Source: Entomortierella parvispora E1425 (taxonomy: Eukaryota; Fungi; Mortierellomycota). From it: a stretch of DNA of 64,000 nt. Positions within the stretch are counted from its first letter, which is position 1; each line of letters opens with the position of its first letter. The position numbers and the translations under genes were made by a program. The notes below the pieces were generated by a model. The model was given only the letters and a program-made list of their open reading frames with translations, did no database searches and was not told the origin of the DNA. Shown in pieces: positions 35,201 to 48,808 of the stretch. The DNA is taken from contig BQFW01000001.1 of NCBI GenBank assembly GCA_020891255.1, forward strand, positions 2,046,001 to 2,110,000, read 5' to 3'.

Positions 35201-37835
35201 CTGGTGGAGACATGACCGAGATTGGCGAGCGCGGTATCAACTTGTCTGGAGGACAGAAGCAGCGCGTTTCTCTTGCACGCGCTGCCTATGCCGACTATGA
35301 GATTTATCTGTTGGACGATCCTTTGAGTGCAGTCGACGCCCACGTGGACCAACATCTCTGGGAGAACCTTATTGGACCCATGGGACTTCTTCGCAACAAG
35401 ACCCGCATCCTAGCAACGCATGGGATTCATCACCTCAAGGACAATGTGGATCAGATTGTTCTACTCAAGGATGGAAAAATTGCAGAGAAAGGATCCTACA
35501 GCGACCTTATGAAATCCAAGCTGGCATTCTATCAACTGATCAAGGAATACCACCTCAGCCACACGCCAGAGTTGAAGAAGAGACTGAGACGTAGGAGCTC
35601 CGCAGTACAGCCAAAAGTGCCAATAATTGTTGTCCCACAAGATGATCAAAGCTCGACCAACCAATCAAGTCAAAGTACCTTGGGCATAGAGCCAAGACCC
35701 GATGGAGACGCGTTGAGTTTTGAAGAAGTTACCACAGATCAGGATACCTCAGAGGGTGATGATGGAAGCGGAACTGAGGGAACATCTGAGAATGAAGTCG
35801 TTGTCGTACCCAAGGACGAAAAGAAGGACACCCAAGCTGGACTCATTGCCGCAGAGAAGATGAAGGAAGGAGGCGTTGGATTCGATATTCTGCTGACCTA
35901 TATCCGATCTGCGTATGTTATTCATGGCAGCTTGATCGGTGTCCATCCCACTGAGAGCTCTGGCAATGCAGAAGACTAATTACTCCTGCATTTTATAGGT
36001 CATACACCAATTCGGCAATCATTTTTGCCCTATTTGCGATCGCACAGGTTTGCTTGGTCAGCACCAGTTTGTGGCTCAAGCACTGGATCAAGAAGACCAA
36101 AGAATATGAAAACTCGGATCTAGGTTCTAGTTTGGATGGCCAAGATCATGGGGATTTACCTTCAGTGGGTCTATTCTTGGGAGTTTACGCCGCCCTCACG
36201 TTCGCCTATGTGATGCTCTATGTCGTTGTAAGCTACATGACCTTCTCAGTGGCCAGGATCCGAGCTTCTGAGATCCTGCATCGGGATTTGTTGATCAAAA
36301 TCTTGCGACTGCCCATGTCCTTTTTCGACACAACTCCTCTTGGACGGATTCTGAATCGGTTTTCGTCCGATATTGCGCCTATTGACGAGCGGATCCCCAA
36401 CAAGTTCTTTGATGCCTTGTTCTTCTTGGCCTCTGTCTCGAGTACTTTGATCCTGATCATGTACACGACCCCGGCCTTCCTGATCGCCCTCCCATTCCTA
36501 TGCATTGGCTACTATACGATCCAGTATTGCTTCCTCCAAATCTCACGCGTTCTCCAGCGAATCTATTCAGTCTCCAAGTCCCCAGTCTACCAACACTTTA
36601 ACGAGTCCCTGAATGGAGTCTCGACCATTCGTGCCATGGCCATCCAAGACCGGTTTATCAGAGGCAATGCGGCTTGGGCCGACAATATGGCCAACAACTT
36701 TTTGGCTTCCATGACCAGCAAGCGCTGGGTCGAGGTCCAGTTGCGATTGTTGAGCACATTTGTTTTGCTTTGTGCCGCGCTCTTTGCCGTCCTTGGAAGG
36801 GCCACTATGGACCCAAGTCTTGTCGGAATGACTTTGAGTTTCGCCATGGCCATCACAGAGGAGGTCACAAGTCTGGTCCGTATCCTGTGCGATCTCCAGA
36901 ACCACCTGGTCAGTGTCGAGCGAGTGATCGAGTACACGGATATGAAAACAGAAGCCCCAGAACATACCGCTGTTTACTTACCACCCAACTGGCCTGACCA
37001 AGGACGCGTCCGATTCTTGAACTATTCGACGCGTTATCGAGAGGGGCTGGATTTGGTCATCAAGAACATCACGCTTGACATTGCGCCTTCTGAAAAAGTC
37101 GGCATCGTTGGCAGGACAGGAGCTGGCAAGTCGTCCTTGACCCTGGCGCTTTTCCGTATCATTGAGGCCGCAGGCAGTCAGCAAGCGAGAGACAGCGACA
37201 ATACTGGAAGGGCCACAGAGTCGATCCAAATCTCTATAGGGGACTCTCCGTCTGGATCACAGAGCAGGGAACTAGAAGGCGGCTCGATCGAGATTGACGG
37301 AGTCGACATTTCCACGGTGGGTCTGGAGGATCTGAGACAACATTTGGCCATCATTCCTCAGGACCCGACCCTGTTTGCAGGTACCGTCCGCGATAATTTG
37401 GACCCATTCCAAGACTTGGAGGATGTGGATCTCTGGGAGGCTCTGGAGCGATCGCATCTCAAGAAAACGATCGCAGGTCTTCCTGGTGGTCTGTCCTTTG
37501 AGGTTTCACAGAACGGAGAGAATTTCTCGGTCGGTCAACGGTCGTTGATTTGCTTGGCGCGTGCGCTTTTGAGAAAGACAAAGATCTTGATCCTGGATGA
37601 GGCGACGGCGGCAGTGGACGTGGAGACGGACGAATTGATCCAAAAGACGATCCGAACAGAGTTCCGAGACCGAACTGTGTTGACCATTGCGCATCGCATC
37701 AAGACGGTCATGGATTCGGACAAGATCTTGGTGTTGGAACAGGGCTGCGTGCAAGAGTTTGAGAAGCCTCAAGTGTTGTTGCAGAAGGAGGATTCGTTGT
37801 TCTACAAGCTGGCGGAGCAGGCTGGAGAGATCTAG
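32259..37835 (+). CDS. Full-length ABCC/MRP (Ycf1-like) ABC transporter with TMD0
   Basis: N-terminal LCRQREGWGP...DLTPCFEY; NBD1 Walker A GRVAQGKS, signature LSGGQKQR, Walker B YLLDD; NBD2 GRTGAGKSS, FSVGQR and ILILDEAT. Start at 32259 is inferred from splice sites. Confidence 0.92.
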
Positions 37836-38032
37836 CTCTATACCTGATATATCTTGAAGGAAAAGAAGAAAAACAACTACAGCCTATTTAGAGAAACTTC
37901 AGGCGGACCTTGTCCATTTCAATGATTTCATGAAAAAAAAAAAAAAAAAAAAAAAACAATCATGGGAAATGAAAAATAAAATAAAAACAGTTTAATGGAG
38001 GTTTTTTTTTCCTTGGAGGCTGTCCCCAATTT

Positions 38033-40819
38033 CTAAATCTTGCGAGTCTTGACCCAAGTGTTTGCATCTTGGAACTCCTGTGCCAATTCCTTGGAGATGG
38101 TGTTGGAAGCCCGCAAGGACTTGACGGCCTCGCAAACCACATCCCAGAAGGCAAAGCCTCTCTCCAATTCTTCCTTGACCGTACCAGAAAGGCTCTGAAG
38201 GGAGGTTGCTCCAATATGTTCCTCCACTTGTTTCAAAGCCTGGTCCTTGCTGCTGGCAGGGATCGCTGCCGAGCCAGTGTTGGTCAAGGTCAAAGTCTCG
38301 AGGTATTCCTTGACAAGAACGCCCAACACGGTCGAGGGCTCATAGGCAAAAGGCAACTGGGTCGCCAGATCCGAAAAGTTCAGATTCTCCTTCTGGCACT
38401 CGTTGCTGAGAAGCATTTCCATGATCAAGGCCTCGCTCATATGACGGAGGTGACGCGTCAAGACTTTGCCTACACTGTTGAACGCCAGCAACTCCCTGCT
38501 CAAAGGTCCTGCCCATGATTTAACGCCCTAATAAAAACAGAGATAGCAAAGGCTTGTTAGCGACGGAGGAAAGAAAAGGTTGTAGAAACGGAGGGAAAAG
38601 AGTGAAACTCACCTTGAAACGAGCACCAATTAAACTGGTGACACGAGAAATAAGGCGAACGGCCTTTGTGACGGCCTCGTCCTCCAGAACTTGCTTCTTG
38701 GTGTACTGAATGCTGTAAGGGCGACTGGTCAAGAGTTCAGCGCGAATCAACTCCAGAGCGATAAACAGGGCGTCCTGAAGATCCGCCGACTGCTGCAGTT
38801 GTTGCTGACCCTTGAGGGCCTCGGCCATGGCTTTGCCATAGGCGGAAGGAGCATGGCTGGGCTCGATGAATGAACGCAATTGGAGCAACTTTGACAAGTG
38901 ACGGGTCTGGACTTCTGTCAAGGTAGTCAATGGTGCTGGCTTTTCCTGACCTGCAGCCTGAACAGTCGATGCGGCATCACTGGCGACAAGACCGAGGCAG
39001 AATGAGTAATCTGGACGTGCAAGCTAGAAGTGGACATAAGGATATTAGTCTCTTTGGCTCCCTCAGGCTCCTTTTGCTGTTACGGGAGAATGGGTCATGA
39101 CAACAAAAAGTTCTTTACCCCAGACTTCTTGAGCTCCTTTTCGACCGAAAGCTTTCCATTCTTCCAGTTTGAGATGGCGCTAACGGTTACAGGCGCACTC
39201 TCTGTTTTGACCGCATGTTCCGGTGCAGATGCGCCCTCGAACCAGTACAAGATTGACACCTTGCGTTCATAGAATGTATGAAGCTGTGCCTTTGTCAACG
39301 CCACCGTCTGAGCCTTGATCTGCATGATATCCGTTGTCAAGAATTTCCTGTATTCGGCGGTCTCTCCATTGCAAAGAGGTGAAAATTCAGCTCCATTTCC
39401 GCAGAGAATCGAGTTCAAGGTCGCCTCTGTGATCACGCCACGCGACAAGAAGTAATAAACCTCGTCTGGCAATCTGTATCCAATGAACTCGTGAATGTCA
39501 GAAGGAGCCTGCTCCAAGTTCATGGGTTCGATATGTCCATCGTCATTCAGAATTGGTTGATGACGCATCGCACACCGAGCCCTGCAGAAGCTATCAACGT
39601 ATTTGGCAACCTATACGCAAACGAAAAAAGGACATGTTTAGCGATTTTAGCAATTGAGCGCCGTATTAGTGCCTGTCTCCATGGCAGTTTCGGACCCACC
39701 TGAGGGTTATCGACATGCGCCTTGACAGCATTGAATCCGGTTCTATGCTGACGCAAAAGGTCATGGATATTCTTGAATGAAAAGGCGACCTCGGTTGCCA
39801 GGGGTGGGAAGGTCGTGAACTGATCAAATCCTGCGAGAATGCATACGTCCAAAAATTGATCGTCGGATAAGAGCAGGTCCTGGAGAACTTCCTTCTTTGA
39901 GATAATGGTGAAGCTCTGCTTTGCAAAGTCGATCGATGTAATAACTCTGTCGACATCAAACATGAGAATGTCTGATCCGCCATGAATTGCATGAATGATC
40001 TGCTTTGGGTTCCTTTCCAGGTATGAAAGCTAGTAAGAATAATAATAATAAAAAAAGTAATTGGGCTTCCATGTCAGAACTCGCTCGAATGAAATGGACG
40101 TTGTAGGATCCTAGTCTGCTGACAATGGTCCTACCTGAGCCCCTGCACCGTAGGGCGCTCTCATGTAATCCACATTGTTCTCTTTCAAGATCCTGATGAC
40201 GAGGTGGATCAAATCAGGCTGGTGAACGGCAGGAGATGAAGTCCAGGACGAAAGGGCCAGATCCATCTTTCCTGCATTGACGGCATCCCAAGCTGCATTC
40301 CTTTTTGCCAGCTTGATATCCTCGTTGACGTGGGGCTTATCCTTGCGAATCAATGATAGTCCAGAGAAAACGAATAGGGGTTGGATAGATGCAGCCCTGA
40401 CAGAGAGAGCAGAGTGAAAGAGTCAGAATCCGTTAGATCGCTTGATAAAGAGAAGTACAAAAGCCAATTGCACCGTCCGTCGCATTCCGTTGCTATCTTA
40501 CTTGAAGCCTTCCAGCTCCTTCTCGATGGCTGCTTTGATTCCTGAGGGAGTGCCGCCGATTCCTGGGAGATAGAGCTCCGAGGCAGCTCCCGAGATGATC
40601 TTTCTCAGCCAAAAGTTGCCATCGATTCCCAGGCGAATGTCTTTGAGCAATGACAAAGGCTGACTAGAGATCAGCTTCCTCTGAGTAATGTAGTCTAACA
40701 AAGAGATGGTGGGATCGGGTTTGCATGCATTAGTTCCTAGCAAGGAGAGGTGCATTTGCCTTGCCGACGAGAACTGGAAATGTAGAGATTAGCTTACAGT
40801 CCAAATGTCTCACGGGCAT
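38033..40819 (-). CDS. MKT1: Mkt1-like post-transcriptional regulator (XPG/PIN-like fold)
   Basis: IRLGIDGNFWLRK, QPLFVFSGLS, VDYMRAPYGAGAQL, FLDVCILAG, HEFIGYRLPDEVYYFLSRG and C-terminal ELERGFAFWD; exon 1 MPVRHLD at 40819. Confidence 0.85.
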
Positions 40820-41211
40820 GGTGGGCAGAGGAAGAAGAAGAGGAGGGGAGGAGGGGGGATGAAGGCGTGGGTGGATGAGTAAGTTGGTAACGGTAGTTAA
40901 GAAAGAGGCTGAGAGACTGATAGAGAGTGAGGAAAGAGAAAAGGAAAGGAAGGAAGACAAGATGGGGTCCACAATCCATGTTGAGATCGCGTGTCAAGAT
41001 GTCAACCTCCAGAAAGGGCGGAAAAAGGACTGTGACTTTGAGCGCACCTGTGCCTGGGGGAGACGCGTTGATGGCAGGGCGAGACGCGTCGGAAGGCATC
41101 CCTCTGTTGTCTGTGTTTTCTCTCAAAGACCCAATGGCTGCTACTATCCTCGGAAAAGACAAGCTCTGGCCGCGAACGGCTTTTAGATCGGATGAAGAGC
41201 ATCCCAGAATC

Positions 41212-41244
<33 letters not shown>

Positions 41245-41474
41245 CACGCCCTCCATTTGGCTGGCAGCTTTGTTTGCGCAAAGTGCCATTTCGTTCCCAC
41301 CAGTGTCCCTTCGATAGCTCTGTTTGTTCCCAGGGGGTCATCAAAACTCCAGGGGCCGTGCTCTCGAAGAGCCGTGCCTTCGCTTCTCAGCTTGATCTTC
41401 GCCTTTTCTTTTATTTAAGAGCTCTACTTGCCAGTATCATTTCACTTCCCACCACCCTCAATTGCTTCCGCCGA

Positions 41475-43276
41475 ATGGTTTTCACAAAGACGTACACCGA
41501 CGGGACAACTCCCACGATCGCCATTATTGGTGCAGGGTAAAGGATTGCTCTGTATCATGGCCACCTTCCTTGTCTGCAGAGCGCTGATTATGAATACCCT
41601 TTAGAATATCTGGTCTCTGTGCCGCTGTTCAGCTTCAACGACAATTGAACATAACGAGTTACCAGATATTCGAGATGGAGTCTGACATTGGTGGGACTTG
41701 GTACAACAACAATTACCCTGGGTGTGCTTGCGATAACCTCTCCCACCTCTACCATTACTCGTTTGCGCCCAACTACGAGTGGACCAAGCGGTATGCCAGC
41801 CAAGAGGAGATCCATGCCTATTTAAAGTCGACGGCCAGGACATACAACATCTACGATAAGATCTCATTCAACAAGCGCATCAATCAAATGCGATGGGACC
41901 AGGAGCATTCCAAATGGGAGTTGCAATGGGAAGATCTGAAGAGCGGAGCAAAAGGAACTTTTGTGGCCGCTGTTGTTTTCCATGGTGCTGGAGCGTTCGC
42001 TAAACCAAAGATTCCCAAGGAGTTTTCGGCCTTCACTGGACCAAAGTGGCACTCTGCACAGTGGAGGAGAGCTGATGATATTACTGGCAAGACTGTCGGG
42101 ATCGTTGGGTGCAGCGCCAGGTAAATTGAGCTTCAGATGGCAAGAAAAAAGGGTATGCGCGAATGTATGGATGAATATCGAATGACCGTATTGCCGTTCT
42201 CTTTTGCCCTCGTTCCCATAGCGCTGTCCAAATTATCACTGGGATCACCAACACCGTCAAGACTCTTCACATCTACGGCCGATCTCCCGTTCACATCGTC
42301 CCCTCTCCCAACACGCCATACTCGGACTTTAGGAGGTGGCTCTTCCGACGCGTTCCCCTATTTCACTGGCTTTATTGCCTTCTCTGTTACTATGCCCAGG
42401 ACTTCACCTTCCCAATTTATTGCAAGCTCACTTGGTACTCATTGCTACATAGAACCATTGCCACTGCATTTCTTCGATGGAATCTCTATCGACAGGTGCC
42501 TGACCCTGAACTCCGAAAAAAGTTAACCCCGGGGCGGCCTCTTGGAAGCAGACGCACAGTGATATCGACAGAATACTATACCGCTGTGCAGCAGAAAAAT
42601 GTGGCGTACCATAAGGCGCACATCGCAGAGATCCAGGGTACCACCATCACTCTGGAAGATGGATCGAAACAACACCTTGATGTACTAATCATGGCCACGG
42701 GATTCGACATGTCTCTGAACTTCCCTGTCGGCTTCTGGACTGGCCGAGGTGATATTGACATGGCGACATTCTGGAGTCAGTCTGCTGGTACCTATTTTGG
42801 TGCCTGTGCGCCTAACGCGCCCAACTTTTACATGGGCTGGGGGCCGCGATCAGGGTCCCGTAAGTGAAAAGGAAGGTATTCTGAAAGGTCACAAAGCACT
42901 TTCTAACCAGGTTGCATATACCGTTTGCGATTTAGAACATCATTCTCTTTTCAGCATCATCGAAGCTCAAGTCATGGTTATGATCAAGTGCTTATCCTCC
43001 ATGATGGAAAACAACTACGCTACAATGGAGATATCCACTGAGGCAACTGAAGGGTTTTGTCGTGTAGCATCCAAACGACTCTCAGATTCCGTCCAGTTAA
43101 TCCCCAATCCCTCCTCACTGTCGTTATCTCAAAAAGCTCCATCAGTATGCCCCGGACCCTATGCTTCAGGATTTTGGTCCGGTTCTCTCACCGAATTTCG
43201 ATGGCGTCTCTCCAAAGCTCACCCTGGACTGTTCTTAACCACACAAAGAGGCACGGCCTTTAATGAAAAACAATGA
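41475..43276 (+). CDS. FAD/NADPH-dependent Baeyer-Villiger-type flavin monooxygenase
   Basis: IAIIGAGISG, GGTWYNNNYPGCACD, BVMO fingerprint FTGPKWHSAQW and ATGF; four exons, reading frame intact. Confidence 0.88.
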
Positions 43277-43301
43277 TCGATCGCTTTGAGAAGGAGAATC
43301 T

Positions 43302-44149
43302 CTACTTTTTCTTGGAACCAGGAGGCGACGCTTTCTTCTTCTTCTTGCCTGTTTGCTCATCAGTTTTGGCCTGTTTTTCTTTGATGGTTTCTTCGTCCGG
43401 TTCACCGTCTGTCTTTGGCTTTTCCTTTTTCTGCACCTTTTCTGCCGGCTCAGAGGCCATCTCTTCTTTCTTTCTCTTTGTCGCCTCCTCTGTTAGTCTT
43501 GCCTTTTCATTCATCACCTAGGTAGTGGTAGTCGTGATAAAGAGATATAAATGTATAGTCAGTCCTTTCGCCTTTTGCAAATCAACGGCCAGAGCGAGCG
43601 TTTGAGTCCAGGTGAAATAACATACAACCTCACTGGCTGTCTGGAGAATGGTGTTTCCCCAGCCTTTCTTGAAAGTGTTTGCCTCTTCAATGATGGCCAT
43701 GATTTCAGCCTCGAGTTCCTTTTCCGAGACCGTAAACTGTATCCAGACATCGTCGCCAATGGTTCCCTGTTTAACCAAGTTTGCCAAGACTTGCTTGTCC
43801 TCGCGCATGGAGAGGACTCGGATGACGCCCTCAACTGCTCGTTTCAAAAGAGCTGCTTGAAGCTGAGCGTCTGTCGCCTCAGGCTCGGTTTGTTGCAACA
43901 GGGTAATGTACTCGTTGCGAGCCACATTCTCTTTGAACCAAGGTTCGACGTCGTTGATAGCTGTTGTTCAAATATATACAGTACGTGTGAGCGTTTAAGA
44001 GAGAGAAGAAGAGTACTCGTAGGTTTCGTTTGCCTTCGCAGAGAGAGAGAGTCGTTACCAAGTTTTCTGTTCTTCCAAAAGTAGCCAAAGATTCTCATGG
44101 AGACGATCCAGCCCCCGATGTAAGTGACAGCGAGCCAAACAGAGCTCAT
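43302..44149 (-). CDS. SEC66: Sec62/63 translocon subunit Sec66 (Sec71)
   Basis: N-terminal TM (WLAVTYIGGWIVSMRIFGYFW), LQAALLKRAVEGV, QGTIGDDVW, EKELEAEI and WGNTILQTASE; Lys-rich tail. Confidence 0.8.
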
Positions 44150-45031
44150 GATCTAATGCGGAATGAGAATGGAGAGGATGCAGTGAATGGAGAGGGAGCA
44201 GAGATTGAAAAGGAGATGAGAACGGACCACGTCCTCGAAGTGGGTTCGTGTCGCACGGACACGCGTCCCAGGGGAATGCCCGTTTGCAGAGGGTGGCCAA
44301 AGGTTGTCTGCATTTCACTTTGACAAGGTACATGGTACGGCGCAAGGGCCCCTGGGTGCAGGGCAGTCTTCTCGCGCTTCTCTTCTGCTCCTAACGTTGT
44401 TCCCGCTACTCCTCCTTGCAATGACCTGATCTCGCGAAACAAAGTTGCACCGAGGAATAGGGGAAATACTCGCCTTTCTCCATGGCAGAATAATAGGGGG
44501 GAGGCAAGAAAGGGTCAAATTGGCGACGTTGTGCTGCCAGCATGACTTGAACTAAGGACTTTTAACTGTTCACAATGTTTGTTTTTGTTTGGGTTGCTGA
44601 CCCCTGTCACTCGGTCTGACCTGCATGGCGTGGTGATGGTGGCCGATGCTTGTTTTTCCACTGTTGTGCAAAGGGGATCATCATCAACACACAAATACTG
44701 CACCAACCAGCCCTTTTCTCCACTTTTGAGCTCTTTGTCCTTTCTTTATTCCCTCCCTTTCTCTTTTCTCTTTTCTCTTTCTTCGTCCTTTATCTTTCTC
44801 CCTCCACTCTTTCCTCCACTGTTGGTGACGGACCCCAACTTACGAGGCCCTTTTCTCATCTTCTCTTGCTGCGCCCAGCTTTTAATGACATCTCCCTTTT
44901 ACCTCCACTTAGCCATCTAGCCAGCAACATCTCTCAATCTCTTTTAACGAGAAAGAACCTCAAAGCACTCTTTATCAGTTATTTACCTTTATTTCTTGCT
45001 ACTTCACGATACGCAACCCCTTCTTTCCACC

Positions 45032-46612
45032 ATGGCACTCACGAAACGACCATTGGGTCTTCAATTTGCAGCCCTCGCCTGCATTGTCGCCCTTCTCTGG
45101 AGTCTTCAATCGGTGGCTGCAGCCCCATTGCCCCAAGCGGCCGCAGATGGCACCGCCTCTAATGACAGCTTGACCGATCCTTTCTCAACACCGTCTTACC
45201 TTGGTACAGTCGATTGATCCTGGGCCACTGCAGATGCTCGATCTTCCCTTCTATTGCTAACCCTTTGAGATTTTGCATCTTTCGTAGCCCCATCCACTTT
45301 CACCTGGGAGCAAGGCGTCTACGGAGTGTTGTTTATCTTTTTTGGAGGCGTCGAGGTTTTGCATGGTTACAAATACATCAGGATCACGATGCTTGTTATG
45401 GGATTCTTAGTATGGGGTAATGAATGAGATCTACTATTGCCTCGAATCACAAAGTGTATATCTCGGAGACTTACTAGTTCTTGGAACCCTCCCTCTATCA
45501 TCTGTAGCGAGCACCGCCGTCATGATCATGATCATTGTCGAGACAAATTCGGGATCATTTGAGTCGTCAGGAATATACTTCATGGTGTGGCTCCTTGTCG
45601 GCATTGTAGGATCGATCATCTCATTTTACCTGTGGCATGTGGGTATCATCCTCACTGGAGCTTACGGAGGGTAGGCACTGCTTTATATTTGCTACTTGAC
45701 CTCTTTGTTCCCCGCTGGTAATTGGGCCGTACTAATCCATTTGTGTTTGTTTCTGTCTTCAGATTTGTAGTGCTCGCCGTGATATTCACGGCTGCTGATG
45801 TGACAAGTTACATCTTGCGATACACGGTCTTGGCCATTGTTCTCGTTGTCAGCGGGTTCTTGACCCATCGGTATGAGAGGTTTGCCGTGATTTTGGCCAC
45901 GTCTGTTGGTGGCGCCTATTGCATGATGTTTGGTCTCGACATGTTTGTCCAAACCGGCTTTAGGTCCACCTTTGATGTCATGCTCTCCCAATCCAATGCA
46001 TCATTTCAGTCCAACGCGGGTACATGGGTAATGATAGCTTGTGTCCCTATAATCGCCATCATTGGGATCGTCTGGGAACTCAAGCATCACGAGGAACCTG
46101 TGGGCAGTTGGTGGTTTGGTCATGGTGCCCGACCCTTGCCCGCAATTCCAGGAGAGAAGCAGCGTCGATGTTGCTGCATCCCCATGTCTAGATCTGCCAA
46201 GGCCGCTGCAGCTGCTGGAACATCTACTGCCACAAGCCCAAGTACCACTGCTGCAGCTCCGGCCAATTCTGGAAGCGACGCCACTTTGGTGCCAAAGTCA
46301 ACCAAAACTAGCCGATCCTGCTGTCTCGGACTTTGTGGGAAGCGGGCATCGACTGACAAAGGAAAGGGAGCTCAAACAAGCGCGACCACCAGCGCCAGCG
46401 CAGCCGTCCCTGCGACAGGAGCAGAGCCACCCACAAATGAAAAATTGGTCACTGCAGCTGCTGCATCGGAAGTAGACAACCACCCCTTGCCAGTCGAAAA
46501 GGCTACAGATGGAGGTGACGGCCATGAGACAATTGGACACACAGGAGTGCACAAGGTTGTGATCCAACGAGAGGAGCGTGAGTTCAGCATGGATGTTGAT
46601 GAGCGGTGGTAG
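45032..46612 (+). CDS. DUF4203 / TM7S3-TMEM198-like multi-pass membrane protein
   Basis: Signal peptide, then about 7 hydrophobic segments with family-like GYKYIRITMLVMGF, LTGAYGG and VILATSVGGAYCMMFGLDMF; four exons. Confidence 0.75.
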
Positions 46613-47121
46613 TCTAGTCCAGTCTAGGTTCTTTCAATACATTTATCCGATCTGGCTGAGACTGACCGCAGGACCTGCAAACCCGTAGTTTGGGAGACAA
46701 CTGAACGACAGCAGTCTCAAGGTCTCTTTCTCAGGTCGATCATCGCAGGGTTAGGCTTGATCTTTGCTTGCTCGTCGCGATGCTCAATTGCTATCGAAAT
46801 GCTATCACCATAAAATACAGCTACATGTCTCGACTTTCTCGAAAAAGTCATCGCAACATAAGAGAAGCGGAGCTGTTTTCATTTCCCACAACTAAGAGTG
46901 TCCACAGTAGGAACAATGGTCTTTTTTCGCGTTGTTGTATGCAAGGAGCTGAGCTGGCTTGTACCAAAGGCAGCCAAGGCTAGGGGAAATTGAGCATCGC
47001 GTCCCGATTTGGCGCTGTTCGTGACCTGCTCTGGCACAAGGCCTGTCTACCATGTTTGTTGGGTTGAGTCGTAAACGCTCGCTGTTCATTACTCTCATTC
47101 ATCCCCCAAACCTCCATTTAC

Positions 47122-48649
47122 ATGACTCCTTCATTGCTGCCGACGCCTACCCACCCTGGCCCTTTCGGGCACAAACAGCGCAAAAACTTCTTTTTCCCAG
47201 AAGGATTCACTCAGTTCAACCATGGCTCTTACGGTAAAAGTCTGAAGCAAATGCATTGCAAAGTGAAATGGTGCCTGAATGCAAACTGTTACTGCCAGTC
47301 AGCCTTGTCTAATGCTCTGCCCAACCACCACAGGGACCTTCCCTAGGGCAGTTCAAGATAATATGATGAAGTGGCACAATCAAGCAGAAGAAAACCCAGG
47401 TACAATATCTAAATTTTCAATTGCCGGTCGAACAACGACTCCAAAGCTTTGATTGACAGATGCGCCTGAGTAGATCGCTGGGTTCGACTTGACCTCAGGC
47501 CTGCACTGACCCAAGTGCGATCTCAGCTGGCTTCCTTCATGAACTGTGACAAGAACGAGCTCGCCCTTGTCCAGAACACGACTGTGGGAGTCAACACTGT
47601 CTTGCGCAGTCTTGACTTTCAACCGGGCGATTGCATCCTCCAGCTCTCCACCGGGTATGTGTCTGTCGACAAGACAGTTCACTACATTTGCGATTCCCAC
47701 AAGAATGTCCAAATCGTGGAGGTGCCCATCACTATGCCTCTCTCCGATCATGAGATCGTTTACCAAGTTGAGAAGGCTGTCCAGCAACACTTGGCCAAGA
47801 ACGATAGCTCAAGGATTCGCATTGCTATGATCGACTGGATTTCTTCTGTGCCCGCAGTGGTCCATCCCATCAAGGCCTTGACGGACATGCTCAAGTCCTA
47901 TAACATTTTGGTTTTCATTGACGGTGCCCATGCCATTGGACAGGTCCCTGTTGATCTTAGCTATATCAATCCCGACTTTTTCATCACCAATTGCCACAAG
48001 GTAGGTACACTGCGATTGTTTTTCTTGGTCTCGCCTTGGTGCAGTTAGGAAAGATTGACTGACCTTGACCTTATTTTTTTTATAGTGGCTCCTGAGTGTT
48101 CGAGGCTCAGCTGTGCTCTATGTCCCCAAGAAGTACCAGAGTGGCATCCATCCCACTGCGATTCAGGGGGATTACAAGACTGGTGGTTTTGAGCTTGAGT
48201 TTAGCTGGAATGGTACTATGGACTATTCGACCATGCTCTCTGTTGAGGGGGCCTTGGAGTTCCGAAAGCAATACGGCGAAGAAGCGATCATGCACTACAC
48301 TCATCGTTTGGCGGTGGAGGGAGGTCAGTTGATGGCGGATATTCTTGGAACCAATGTTCTGACGCCGTATGAGCACCAGGTCGGCAGCATGGTCAACGTG
48401 CGTTTGCCTATCAAAGATGTGAACCACCCCAAGATTGCTACTCCCGACTACCTGATTAAGCATCTATTGGACAAGTACAATCTTTTTGCGCCATCCTATC
48501 TCCACGGAGGTTACTTTTGGACCCGAGTGTCATCTCAGATCTACCTGGAACTCAAAGACTTTGAGCGTCTGGGCAATGTGTGGAAAGAAGTGATCGCGGA
48601 GCTGAATTCGGAGACCGACCGTGGATACGACGACGGGACCAGCCAGTAA
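47122..48649 (+). CDS. EGT2: PLP-dependent class-V enzyme, hercynylcysteine sulfoxide lyase-like (ergothioneine biosynthesis)
   Basis: FGHKQRKNFFF...FNHGSYGTFP, VQNTTVGVNTVLRS, DGAHAIGQVP, PLP lysine motif TNCHKW and EFSWNGTMDYS. Substrate specificity is inferred from family resemblance. Confidence 0.78.
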
Positions 48650-48808
48650 GAGCGCCACTAAAAAATGAATCTTGAAATAAAGCACGTGATGGATCAAGAA
48701 TATGGCAGTCACAGTGTAAACACATCAAAAAAAAAGAAGAAGAAGGCTCCATCCATCCATCCATCATTTGCACTCTTGTCCATCCTCATTCTTCCCCATC
48801 AACACATC

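Noticed and set aside
42137-42526. Apparent frameshift in the BVMO suggested by the ORF track
   Set aside because: Manual reading shows exon 3 is continuous in the frame of 42442 (SAVQII...VPSPNTPYSDF...DPELRKKLTP); the listed ORF is a different frame.
46650-46760. GGCTGAGA...ACC resembling the start of a TPP riboswitch
   Set aside because: No CCTGAT...TAAT...GCG.AGGGA core, and no thiamine-related gene nearby.
32259-48649. ABC transporter, BVMO and PLP lyase as a possible biosynthetic cluster
   Set aside because: No backbone enzyme (NRPS, PKS or terpene synthase), and the genes are interleaved with housekeeping genes MKT1 and SEC66.
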